IMG/VR virus record: IMGVR_UViG_3300021387_001083
Span: 20,634-84,633 of that record
Strand: one strand, 5' to 3'
From: a virus
Taxonomy: Duplodnaviria; Caudoviricetes
DNA: 64,000 nt
Below are positions 1 through 10,500 of this stretch, one piece after another. Numbering within the stretch: the first letter of the stretch is position 1; each line of letters begins with the position of its first letter. The notes under the pieces were generated by a model. That model did no database searches. It saw nothing but the letters and a program-made list of their open reading frames with translations, and was not told the origin of the DNA. Made by a program: the position numbers and the translations under genes.

Positions 1-2
1 AA

Positions 3-3000
3 ATAACTGTCTCGCAATGTGATACACAGAACGGTTTTGATCATATAAGATTATATTCAATATTACGCACATCTGACAATGCTACACCTGTTGTAAGGAT
101 TGTCGAAGACAAACCTATCAGTCCTATTGTTACGTTTATTGACGGTAATATTTCAGGTGAAATTATAGATCCTACCATTTTGCTTTACGTTGGTGGCAAA
201 GAATTTACAGCTGACACTTTTGAACAAAAAGACAACACTTTGTTTTTTGGTAATCTTACATTAAAAACCAAAAGCATTGCTGAGTTTGAAAAGAAATATA
301 ACCTTACAGATATTGATTGGGGCATAGGCTTAAGTCCTATTGGACATATAGTCCCAGGATTTGTCAACGATTCATCATATAAAGATTCTAAATATATAGA
401 ATTTTCTACAAAAGATAAAAATGAATTTTATAGTTGGAAAAACCAATTGGACAATACACAGAGTCCTAAAATATTTAAATCCGGGGAAACGTATAGATTT
501 GGTATTCAGTTTCAAGATAATAAAGGTAATTGGTCTGATGTAAAATATCTTGGTGACTATACGAATAATACTAAACCTGTATACTCTTCTTTTGGTGAAA
601 ATTTTGGTGTTTTTCGTTATATTCTACCAGATGATATTGCAATGAAGCTTATACGTGAAGGCTATATTAAAAGCAGACTTGTGTGCTGTTTTCCGGATAA
701 TTCTGACAGAACAATATTGGCACAAGGTGTACTTTGTCCTACAATCTATAACGAACAATACAGAAATGTTCATTCTCCTGATTATATGTCTTCTTGGTTT
801 TTTAGGCCTTATAAAAATACAACTGAAGATGTAGGTGTAGAAGATTTTGAATTTCAGTCTGACAATCAAGACGATGAATATAACTTTCAAATTGCACGAG
901 AAGTTGCAACATTTCATTCACCTGATATAGAATTTGATGAATCGTTAAGAACACTTGATTGGAGTAACATTAAAGTAAGAATTGTAGGTTATTGTAAACA
1001 AACTAGTTATGCTACAAAACTTTTCCTTGATTATGAAAAGCAAGCCGAAGATTATCTTGGGAATAAAGGTGACGGTTTTATTGATAAATCCACGGTAAAG
1101 AGATTTTATGATTTTGATCCTAATTCTCCTCCACCAAATAGATTTTCATGGAATCCAAAGCCTAACAATTATGGCTATTGGAATGACATCGATGTTTATA
1201 ATTCTAACTATGTGCAGAGATCTTTTAACAATAATAAAAATTTTCAAGAATTTGCCATTACATATAATTATGATATTTATCCTTTTCAAAGGAAATATCT
1301 GAACAATTATATGGGAGATCTTAAAATTGATATAAATGTCAGAGGTAGTGACATAGAAAGTAACATTACCGAATCTTCTATCATAAAATCAAAAGTGTGG
1401 AGTACACTTAGATTTTCAGATAATACTGTATATAATGATTCAAATTATGATAACATAGCCAGAACTTTAAAACTTTTTGATTCCCAAGAAAACATACCTA
1501 TAAAGCTTGAAGATAAAATATATTTCGGCAATGTAGATTTGCTTACACCAATATCTTCTGTGGATTATAAAAGTTCAGATAAAAATTATATCAAAAATCA
1601 TGTATGTCCTATATTTGAATATCAAGGTTTGAATCCTACAGGTACAGGTGCACCTGACAATGTTCATGATGCTACAAGTGCGGTACAGAAAAATAAAATA
1701 ATACTTAATTATTTTACAGGTGCTTATCGTATAAACAATCAAGGCAAATATGGTGATTGGAAATATAGAACTATAGATGAAATTAAAGGTGCTTATATAG
1801 GTGTTTCTAACGATCCGATAAGGGTTACATATAAATCAACACCACATTGTGTCTTGTTGTTGAATACGCAGCTTACAAACATACCAAGTGAACCACATAG
1901 CGTATTGCTTGCAGAGCTTTATAGGGATAACGTTCAGCAAAGATTTGGCGGCAATACCAAAACTGCACTGCTCAACAATAATTACATTCCTTGTAGCATT
2001 ACATATAATCTTAAAGATTTCGGGCAAAACGGACTTACAATGTATCATACAGAGGGTGATACTTATTATATGCGTTATGATTGTTTGAAAACATATCCCA
2101 GATCTACTGAAGATATAAACCAAATTGTCGATATCTTTTCATTCATGTGTGAAACCAGAATCAATCTTGATGGCCGTTGCGACATTAATAGAGCTTTGAC
2201 AGACAATACTATAGTGAATAATGCCAATTTTAATGTCATAAATAAAATATACACACAATCCGACAATTTCTTTATAGGCAAAGTTATTGATCCTGATATT
2301 GCAACGATAGATACATTTTCAAACCAACTTACGTGGACAAAGACAAAGATCACAGGAGAAGACATTGATACATGGACAAATGTCACATTGGCAAATGTTG
2401 CTGACTCTGATGGCATTTTTGGTGCTATAACGAAGTTGACGTCTTTTAAGAATCAATTGTTGATGTTCCAAGAACATGCGTTAAGCTTTGTAGGTTTCAA
2501 TGAAAAATTAATACTTACACAAGATAATGGAACACCATTGGAACTTGCATATTCTAATAAGTTTACAGGAATATCATATCTTACAAAAACTGTCGGTTGC
2601 CAAAACAAATGGTCAGTATGCAATACGAGAAACGGTATTTTCTTCATTGATGATACAAGACATGAAATAAATCTATATGGTGAATCCTTAAGACCTATAT
2701 CCACAGAAGCAGGTCTTAGCACGTTTATGTTTAATTCTCTTAAAAATGCTGAAAAAGTATGGACTCCCAACACATTCGGCAATTTTAAAACTTATTATGA
2801 CAAGCAAAGCAAAGACGTGTATTTTATAAATAAAGACACATGTCTTGCTTGGAATGAATTGTTAGGCTCGTTTACATCTTTTTATGATTATAATGGTGTT
2901 ATAAGTCTTGAATCAATCGACAAGCGTAGTGTTGTGTTTAAAGGATCGTTTTACACATTACGTGAAGGCAATACATATTCAACATTCTTTAATGAGAACA

Positions 3001-3452
3001 AACCATATTGGATCACTTTGGCAAGTGACGGAGAAAATAATTCTATTCTTGATAAGATATTTAACAATATAGAATTTAATGGTGATTTGTATAATGCTAC
3101 CGGTCCAGCAAAAGATAATTCTAACAATGCAGCGATAAATACGCATTTGTTTAACAAAATATCTGTTTGGAACGGATATCAGTTTTACAATGAATTTTAT
3201 ATTGATGGCACTTCTGTAAATAATTATTATCCTTGGAAAGCTGAACGTAAATTCAATACGTGGAGAGTTATTATTCCAAGAGCTTCGTATAAAGATTCTT
3301 ATGACAATATATATGTAAGTCGTGATAGAATCAGAAGTCCATTTTGTTATATAAAATTGTTAAATGATAATATTGACGATTCCATTCCTAATGGTGTTGC
3401 TTTGAACAGAGCTGTATTTCATGATTTTGTAGTCAGTTATGACATAAAATAA
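3..3452 (+). CDS. Tail stabilisation / muzzle-like virion protein, 5'-truncated by the window edge
   Basis: Frame is open from position 3 (ITVSQCDTQNGFDHIRLYSILRTSDNATPVVRIV...DPTILLYVGG), so the track start at 180 is internal. Motifs YRFGIQFQD..G.WS, RYDCLKTYP and RKFNTWR resemble crAss-like tail stabilisation proteins. Confidence 0.7.
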   Translation: MTVSQCDTQNGFDHIRLYSILRTSDNATPVVRIVEDKPISPIVTFIDGNISGEIIDPTILLYVGGKEFTADTFEQKDNTLFFGNLTLKTKSIAEFEKKYNLTDIDWGIGLSPIGHIVPGFVNDSSYKDSKYIEFSTKDKNEFYSWKNQLDNTQSPKIFKSGETYRFGIQFQDNKGNWSDVKYLGDYTNNTKPVYSSFGENFGVFRYILPDDIAMKLIREGYIKSRLVCCFPDNSDRTILAQGVLCPTIYNEQYRNVHSPDYMSSWFFRPYKNTTEDVGVEDFEFQSDNQDDEYNFQIAREVATFHSPDIEFDESLRTLDWSNIKVRIVGYCKQTSYATKLFLDYEKQAEDYLGNKGDGFIDKSTVKRFYDFDPNSPPPNRFSWNPKPNNYGYWNDIDVYNSNYVQRSFNNNKNFQEFAITYNYDIYPFQRKYLNNYMGDLKIDINVRGSDIESNITESSIIKSKVWSTLRFSDNTVYNDSNYDNIARTLKLFDSQENIPIKLEDKIYFGNVDLLTPISSVDYKSSDKNYIKNHVCPIFEYQGLNPTGTGAPDNVHDATSAVQKNKIILNYFTGAYRINNQGKYGDWKYRTIDEIKGAYIGVSNDPIRVTYKSTPHCVLLLNTQLTNIPSEPHSVLLAELYRDNVQQRFGGNTKTALLNNNYIPCSITYNLKDFGQNGLTMYHTEGDTYYMRYDCLKTYPRSTEDINQIVDIFSFMCETRINLDGRCDINRALTDNTIVNNANFNVINKIYTQSDNFFIGKVIDPDIATIDTFSNQLTWTKTKITGEDIDTWTNVTLANVADSDGIFGAITKLTSFKNQLLMFQEHALSFVGFNEKLILTQDNGTPLELAYSNKFTGISYLTKTVGCQNKWSVCNTRNGIFFIDDTRHEINLYGESLRPISTEAGLSTFMFNSLKNAEKVWTPNTFGNFKTYYDKQSKDVYFINKDTCLAWNELLGSFTSFYDYNGVISLESIDKRSVVFKGSFYTLREGNTYSTFFNENKPYWITLASDGENNSILDKIFNNIEFNGDLYNATGPAKDNSNNAAINTHLFNKISVWNGYQFYNEFYIDGTSVNNYYPWKAERKFNTWRVIIPRASYKDSYDNIYVSRDRIRSPFCYIKLLNDNIDDSIPNGVALNRAVFHDFVVSYDIK

Positions 3453-3456
3453 ATGT

Positions 3457-3497
3457 TAATTGGGATAGTAAAAGTATTTATTATCCCAATTATTTTT
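3457..3497 (+). terminator. Terminator-like hairpin after the tail gene
   Basis: TAATTGGGATA (3457-3467) / TATCCCAATTA (3482-3492) inverted repeat followed by a T-run. Confidence 0.5.
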
Positions 3498-3505
3498 ATA
3501 TAAAA

Positions 3506-3537
3506 TTTGCAAGAATGAAATTTTTTTTGTATCTTTG
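3506..3537 (+). promoter_or_regulatory. Bacteroidota sigma70-type promoter (-33 TTTG / -7 TAnnTTTG)
   Basis: TTTG at 3506-3509 and TATCTTTG at 3530-3537, 20-nt spacer, 15 nt before the ATG at 3553. Confidence 0.75.
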
Positions 3538-3552
3538 TAAAAAATAAATTTT

Positions 3553-5781
3553 ATGGCTTTAGAAGACTTTTATAAAAAATATAATAAGGACCTGTCAAAA
3601 CCAACAAAATTTGGTTGGCAACTAGGTCAACAAGCAGCTTCTGGTTTTGGTGATCTCATTGACCAGCAATATGCAGAAACGCTTGACAATCAAGCTATAG
3701 CTAATGCTAATACAGATTATTCAATTGGTGCATTGTTTTCAAACAAAAATGCTTTAAACAACTCTTTGCAGAGTATTGACAACAATATACGTGATGTTTC
3801 TGATATAAATGATATTGCTACCTTATATGATGTTGCAAATCCAAACATGTATCAGCAAGGCGTGAAAGGTCCTAGTTCTTTACAGACTTTTGGAAATGTT
3901 TTGTCGTCTACTGCAGAAGGTTTTGCTGAAGGTATACAGACTGGGAACATTTATGTAGCAATAGCTGATGCAGGATTACACTTAATAGGTGCTGGTTTAA
4001 GAGACGATCAAATAAAAAGAAACGTATATAAACAAAACGAACAGATAGCAAAAGCAAATGCTAGACAAACAGAATACATTAATGATCAAATGACAGACAT
4101 ATCAAGAACAAATACAAGAAACCAGTTAAGAAATGTTTTTGCACTTGGTGGTGATATGGAAGGCTCCAATGGTGTAAATTTCTTTAATACTGGTGGTTCT
4201 CATGAAACAAATCCTTTGGGGGGAATACCACAAGGTATCGCTGCTGATAACGTACCCAATCTCGTTGAAGAAGGTGAAGTTAAAGTTACATTTCCCGGTG
4301 TTGAAAACGATAACGAAATATTCAGCAACAAACTCAAAGCTTCAAAGACAGCTATAACAAATAATCATCTTGATGAAAAATATATCGGTTGGTCTTGGGC
4401 TGACATTATCAAAGACCTTCAAAAGGAAATGGAGCCTAGAGGCACTTCGAATTTCATAAGTAACAACAGCTTTTATGCTATGGCAGAAAGAGCTCGAGCT
4501 GGTCAAGCATATGACAGACAGATAAAAGAACAACATGAAATGGCAAAACTTGTAAATTCTTTATCTGACGAAGAAAAAGCGGCACTGCTTCAAAATGCCA
4601 CGCAACAGGAAATACCACAGGAAGAAATGTTTGAATCCGGTGGTAAAATTCATATAAAGAAATCCAAGCGTGGTACTTTTACTGCTGCTGCAAAAAAACA
4701 CGGTAAAAGTGTTCAAGCTTTTGCCAGTCAAGTACTCGCAAATCCTGAGAATTATTCTCCAGCTATGAGGAAAAAGGCCCAATTTGCACGAAATTCTAGC
4801 CGTTGGCATAAAGGACAATATGGTTTGAATCTTGATGGTATTCCACCAAGATATCAAGGTCAATTTGAATTTGTTGACTTAGGTAATGGTGTAGGATATT
4901 ATGATCCCATAGGTTCGGAAGCTTTAAGATTTCCGTCAGAACCATTGTTTAACACACCTTATGATAACTATGAAAATTATACTCCTCTACTTGAACCTTC
5001 GATAGAACAAGAAGTTGAAGAAGAGCCTCTAGAGAGTTTAAGACCGTCTAAAAAAGATAACGATGATGACGACAATGATGATAACATTATAGGTAATTAT
5101 CTTCATGAATTACCCGTATATGCAAATACTGCACAAATGATTACTGATTCTCTTGGTCTTACAAACAGGCCTGACACTAGGTATGCAGATGCTGTTGGTA
5201 GAGCAAGAAGAAATATCAGATATTATTCTCCTGACATTACTATGTCTTATGAACAGTATCAGCCTATAGATGTTAACTTGCCTGCAAATATGCAAATGGC
5301 ACAAGCTGCTGAACTTCAAAGAGCAAATAGAGCAACTGCAAATAGGACATCACAGATGCAGAATGCTTTAGGTATATATAATACAACATCAAAACAATAT
5401 GGTTTGACACAATTGCAAGCACAACAGGCAGCAGCTGCTGAAAGACGTGCTGTAAATCAAATTAACAATACAATTAATGCTAAAAGAGATCAACTTATTG
5501 CAAATAATCAGCAACTTAATGCTGCAGTTGACCAGCAAAGAATGCAGAATGAAATTGCTGAAGCTACAGCAAGAGATGCTTCTGAAACTGCAAGAGCTCA
5601 AACTATCAGTGCAAACAGAAAATATGCTTATGACAGTATTGGTGCTCTTGGTAAACAAAGAGGTTATCAAGATGTTCTTTATCGACTTGGTTTGATCGAT
5701 GTCTTCGGCAATATAAATCAAGATATGTTAGCAAATCTTCTTTATTATAATAAAACTAACAAAGGAAAGGAGAATGGATAA
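3553..5781 (+). CDS. Virion cargo/ejection protein (crAss-like)
   Basis: 742 aa. Motifs FNTGGSHETNPLGGIPQG and NLVEEGE plus basic module GGKIHIKKSKRGTFT...ARN, Q/A/N-rich helical C-terminus, position after the tail gene. Confidence 0.6.
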   Translation: MALEDFYKKYNKDLSKPTKFGWQLGQQAASGFGDLIDQQYAETLDNQAIANANTDYSIGALFSNKNALNNSLQSIDNNIRDVSDINDIATLYDVANPNMYQQGVKGPSSLQTFGNVLSSTAEGFAEGIQTGNIYVAIADAGLHLIGAGLRDDQIKRNVYKQNEQIAKANARQTEYINDQMTDISRTNTRNQLRNVFALGGDMEGSNGVNFFNTGGSHETNPLGGIPQGIAADNVPNLVEEGEVKVTFPGVENDNEIFSNKLKASKTAITNNHLDEKYIGWSWADIIKDLQKEMEPRGTSNFISNNSFYAMAERARAGQAYDRQIKEQHEMAKLVNSLSDEEKAALLQNATQQEIPQEEMFESGGKIHIKKSKRGTFTAAAKKHGKSVQAFASQVLANPENYSPAMRKKAQFARNSSRWHKGQYGLNLDGIPPRYQGQFEFVDLGNGVGYYDPIGSEALRFPSEPLFNTPYDNYENYTPLLEPSIEQEVEEEPLESLRPSKKDNDDDDNDDNIIGNYLHELPVYANTAQMITDSLGLTNRPDTRYADAVGRARRNIRYYSPDITMSYEQYQPIDVNLPANMQMAQAAELQRANRATANRTSQMQNALGIYNTTSKQYGLTQLQAQQAAAAERRAVNQINNTINAKRDQLIANNQQLNAAVDQQRMQNEIAEATARDASETARAQTISANRKYAYDSIGALGKQRGYQDVLYRLGLIDVFGNINQDMLANLLYYNKTNKGKENG

Positions 5782-7508
5782 TGGCATATTATACAACTAC
5801 AGCTGCTCAATTTGATCCTTATTCTTTACAAGATTTGTTAGCTCCTTTGACAATGTATAAATCAAGATGGAATGAACTTGAAAAATCTTATGAAGATATG
5901 GATTCCAAAGCAGCATTACTTGAAGCACAAGCCAGTAGTGATCCTAAAACAGCGCAGATGTATTCTATATACAAAGAAGCTTTGTTGGCTGGTAGAGATG
6001 CTATGATGCAAGGATTGTCAAATAAAGACACATCAAACTTATTAAATGCCAAAAGAGCATATAATACGAATGTTTTGCCAATAGCAGAAGCTGTTGCAGC
6101 AAGGACAAGTGATTCTGAAGTATGGCGCAAACAGAAAGCTTCTGATCCTAGTCTTTTGGGAGATGACCCAATGTCCAAACCTTTAAGTGGTTATCTTTAT
6201 GGCAACAGGCCTGAATTACATAATGTCAGTGGTAATGCATTATATACTAAAGCTATGAATGCTGCTAAAAATATATCGTCGCGTTATTTTAATACTGAAG
6301 AAGGTAAATTGTTCAAAGGCACTTATTATAATCTTATTACTGAAAAAGGATTTCCTCCTGAGATTGCAGCAAGGACATTGATTGCATCAGGTAAATTTCA
6401 AGGTCTCACAGAATTTTATAATAATTTACTTGCTTCTGAGGGTGTTGACGCATTGTCACCGAATGACCAAACAAGAGCTGCAGAATATGTTCTTAGTGGT
6501 ATGGATGCTGGATTTGTTAGGGATGTTGACATGAAACCTTTACAGAATCCTTGGGTTGCTGCTTCTATAAAAAATAGCAGTGGTTCTGGCGGAAATTCTC
6601 CAGGTTCTCTAACACCAAAGGTACAAGTAATTCCTAAAGACCTTTCTACTATTGTAGGCAAATATTCCATAAAAGAAATAAAAGACAAAAAAGAATGGCT
6701 TAATAGTAAATTTGGTAAAGTTATTAAAGATGTTGACAACAAAAAATCTTGGGTTAATGATAATTCACGTCTCACTGGACAAAAACTGGTTGCGCCAAAT
6801 GAAGAATTAGAATCTGATTTAAAAGAATACAATAAAATGTTTGATACAAATTATAAACTTGTACATCGTACTAAACTTGGAATTTATCAAATAGGTTGGC
6901 AAGACGACAAAGGCAAATGGCATTATAATGAACCAGAACCTAATGATAAACCGTTAGAAACATATACACAAGGTTATCTAGGTAATATTGTATCTCCAAA
7001 TGTAACTACATCTAACTATAATAATATAGATAATAGTATTCAAAATAATATTACTGCTGCATCAATTAATGGAAACGTTGTCATCAAAAAAGATAATGGT
7101 AAATTTTTGAGCACTAAAGATATGAGAAAAGTAGACATATCGTCTATACATTATGTCGGTACTAGTTTTGATGCAGCAAACAACGTAAATTTCCATATAA
7201 CATATAAAATTGGTGACAAGGTATTTCAAGGAACTATTACACCAGAAGCTTTTCTACCAAATACAAGTCCTGTTGCAATGTATGATGTTAACGGTGAATT
7301 AAAACCAGTTACTGCTGCAAAATATGCAGAAGAATTGAAAAATTACGCTGCAGCAGGTATGAATGACGAAGCTTTGGCTGGTCTTGGCCTTTTAAACAGT
7401 GTGTTAATTGATCATGCAAATACAAGAACTCCTGGACAATCCGGAACTAATGAAAAAATAGCTGCAGCACTTGAACAAATGGGTATCGGTGCATATTTGG
7501 ATTATTAA
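5781..7508 (+). CDS. Virion cargo/ejection-type protein, function unknown
   Basis: 575 aa, coupled to the upstream gene (TAATG). N-terminal FDPYSLQDLLAPL resembles crAss-like cargo proteins. Confidence 0.5.
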   Translation: MAYYTTTAAQFDPYSLQDLLAPLTMYKSRWNELEKSYEDMDSKAALLEAQASSDPKTAQMYSIYKEALLAGRDAMMQGLSNKDTSNLLNAKRAYNTNVLPIAEAVAARTSDSEVWRKQKASDPSLLGDDPMSKPLSGYLYGNRPELHNVSGNALYTKAMNAAKNISSRYFNTEEGKLFKGTYYNLITEKGFPPEIAARTLIASGKFQGLTEFYNNLLASEGVDALSPNDQTRAAEYVLSGMDAGFVRDVDMKPLQNPWVAASIKNSSGSGGNSPGSLTPKVQVIPKDLSTIVGKYSIKEIKDKKEWLNSKFGKVIKDVDNKKSWVNDNSRLTGQKLVAPNEELESDLKEYNKMFDTNYKLVHRTKLGIYQIGWQDDKGKWHYNEPEPNDKPLETYTQGYLGNIVSPNVTTSNYNNIDNSIQNNITAASINGNVVIKKDNGKFLSTKDMRKVDISSIHYVGTSFDAANNVNFHITYKIGDKVFQGTITPEAFLPNTSPVAMYDVNGELKPVTAAKYAEELKNYAAAGMNDEALAGLGLLNSVLIDHANTRTPGQSGTNEKIAAALEQMGIGAYLDY

Positions 7509-7520
7509 TAAAATAAAAAA

Positions 7521-10500
7521 ATGGCAACATTAACAGGTTTAAATACACAACAAGGGCAAAACAGAGAGGCTGGTCGAGTAAATGGTCAGCCTCTTCCTGA
7601 TAACCCTACTATTAAAAATATAAGACCTATTACATTTGGTGAAGCTCAACAAATGATGTGGTCTCCTAGAGGAATTAAAAATCTTACAACTATAGAGCTT
7701 CCTGAAGATTATGGTGAAAGCCGTTTCGATAAACGTGCGTGGGCACCAAGTCAACTTTACGATTTAAATGAACTTCGAGCACAAGAACAGACTGGTGCTG
7801 AAAAACTTTTTAACGGTATAGCAAAAGGTGCTGTGTTATTTGGCACTACATTTGTTACAGGTGTTGCAGAACTGCCTGTTGCTTTAGCTACTTCTTTGGA
7901 GCGAGGTGATTGGTCAGGTATGTGGGATAATGCTATCACACAAATGGCGTATGATGTGAGTCAGTCTGTTGAAAATGTACTTCCGAATTATTATACCAGC
8001 AGAGAACAAACAGATCCCTGGTATCAACATATATGGTCTGCTAATTTTATAGGTGACAAATTTCTTAAGAATCTTGGTTTTACTGCTGGTGCTATAGCTT
8101 CATCTGCAGTTACAAACAATTGGATGAATGCCTTAAAAATACCACAAGTAATGGCAACTATTCTAAGAAGTCAAAAAGCTGGCCGTTTTGCTTCAGCAGC
8201 CATAGGATCAGCATTGCAGGCTTATACTGAATCTTCTATTGAAGCCAAACAAGGTATGGAAGATTTTGTAAAGACAAAAGGACAATTGCTTGATGCTGAA
8301 CACGAAAGAAGACTTCAAGAAATAGAAATGATGTTTCCCCTTCAAGGCGAAAATGTCGTTAATGTCAATACAGACAAACAAGCTTTAATAGATGAAGAAA
8401 ACCAAGCTTATGTCAATGCAAAAACAAGACTTGCTATGGATTCTTCTAAAGTCGGTAATTTTGTTTTAAGAAATGAAATGCCTTTGCTGTTTGCATCAAG
8501 CCTTTTTCAGTTTGGCAGAATGTATGCAAATGGTTTTGGCACAGCAAGACATATAAACAATGCTGTAAGAAAATCTGCAACAGAATATGGACTTAGAAAT
8601 ATTCCTGGGGCTGGTTTAGCTAAAGGTGTTGGTAATGCTTTTATGGAGGGTTCTGAAGAATTCAATCAATCAATGATACAGAACATTGCGGCAAACTATT
8701 ATAAAGAAGACGTTGATAATTTCTATAACGCTTCTTTGGATCCAACATTAACTGAAAATACGGTGGATTTTATGCGTTCTGCTGGCAGAAGTATTTCCGA
8801 TACATGGAATGATTCGTCAGCTTGGGAAGAAGGCTTTATAGGGGCTCTTACAGGCGGTTTGGGTATGGTTCGTATAGGCAAGAATGCTCAGAACGCTGAT
8901 GTAAAACTCGGTAAAATCGGTCTTGATGGTGGCATCATCGGTGATATAGCACAAGCCAGAAAAGAACGTGTAAGACAGCAAAATATAATAGATCAGGTAA
9001 ATAGTATACTTGGCAGTAAGAAAATATCAGCTATGGTCAGAGGTGCAAACAGAAACCAAATGGAACAAAACCGTATGGATTTCGCAGCTATGCAAGGTGA
9101 TGCAAAAACTTTTAAGGATGCTGAATTTTCGCAAATGATCTCTGATATAATAACTATTGACCAAGTAGACGGTTTGCAGGATTATAAAGCTATGATATCT
9201 TCTGTATTGTCTGATGAGGCTTTAGCAGATCCAAAATATTTACAAGATTTGATACAAAGCACCGAAAAGGATATCAATGGCAAAAAAGAAGGCCCTTTTG
9301 CAGGTATGGATAATGCTGAAATTGTTGAAAGACTCAAAAAGACTCGAGAGACTCTTTTGGATGCTGTAGACAAATACAAAAAGATAAAAGACAAAATAGA
9401 CATCAATACTGAAGGTGTTTTCTCTGAGGAACAACTTGGTACGCTTACGTGGATGAGAGCTAAGCTTGCCAACTGGGATGAACGTCAGAAAACAATGACT
9501 GGTGAACTTGTAGAAGATCTTAAAAAGCTTAAAGATGTTGCGGATAAGAAGAATCTGGAAATCCCCGAACTTGTTGTCAAAGAGATGGGTAAAGTGGACG
9601 CTGCTCAGATGGCTTCTGATATTCTTGCAGCAAGTATCAGTGAACAAGGACTTAAATCCATACCGCTTAGTGGAACTATAGATGATCTTATTAATAGCAT
9701 AAGTAATTTAAAAACAAGGGCTGGTTCGTTTTTTGATGCCGACGTAGATGTCAAAAACAATGTAAAAGTACACGATGCTTTAGCCAATTGGATTAACTCT
9801 GTAGGCGTCATTATGGGTGCGGACACTACTGTTGACATAAAAGAGACTATTCAAAAAATGAAAGATCTTGCTGCAATCCATGAAGATGTTGTGAAATATA
9901 ATATACAGCTTGCTGATTATCTTGAACATCCTGAAAGACTTGCTGAGGATATGTCTAAACAAGAAAAGAAAGCCGCTAAAAAACAACGTAAAAAAGAAAA
10001 CAAAAAGACTGTTGACGCTTATAATAATGCCGATACTAAAGAAGACAAGGATGAAGTTTATGACAACGCTGATGACAGTGGAAAAGCAGCTATAGACAAA
10101 GACCACAAGAATGATCCTGAATATCAATTTGATAAACATAAAAAAGAGTTTAGAGATGCTGTTGCAAAATCAATTGATGAGCAAGATGACATTGATGGTA
10201 GTGTTAAGGCTGCTGCAAAAGAAGCATATGACGCTGTTGTTGAAAATACGAATACCAGTAATTCAGACAATTTATATTATCCTTATAGAGCATTGGCAGA
10301 ATATAGGGAACCGCTTCGTACAGACATAGCATTGAGTGGTGATGATAATGCTATTGCAGAATTTGATACTCAAAACAATTGGGTGGATTTTGTTATTGAT
10401 AGAGCAATACATAAAATATATGACAGTAACAATTTCAAGGATTCATTTAGAACTTACGAAGCACCTGCCAGTGCAGTACAACCTGCAAGAGATGATGTTT

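Noticed and set aside
5055-5085. GAT/GAC-rich repeat-like tracts (also ~40660-40675 and ~13905-13935)
   Set aside because: These are poly-Asp low-complexity linkers within proteins, not DNA repeat elements.
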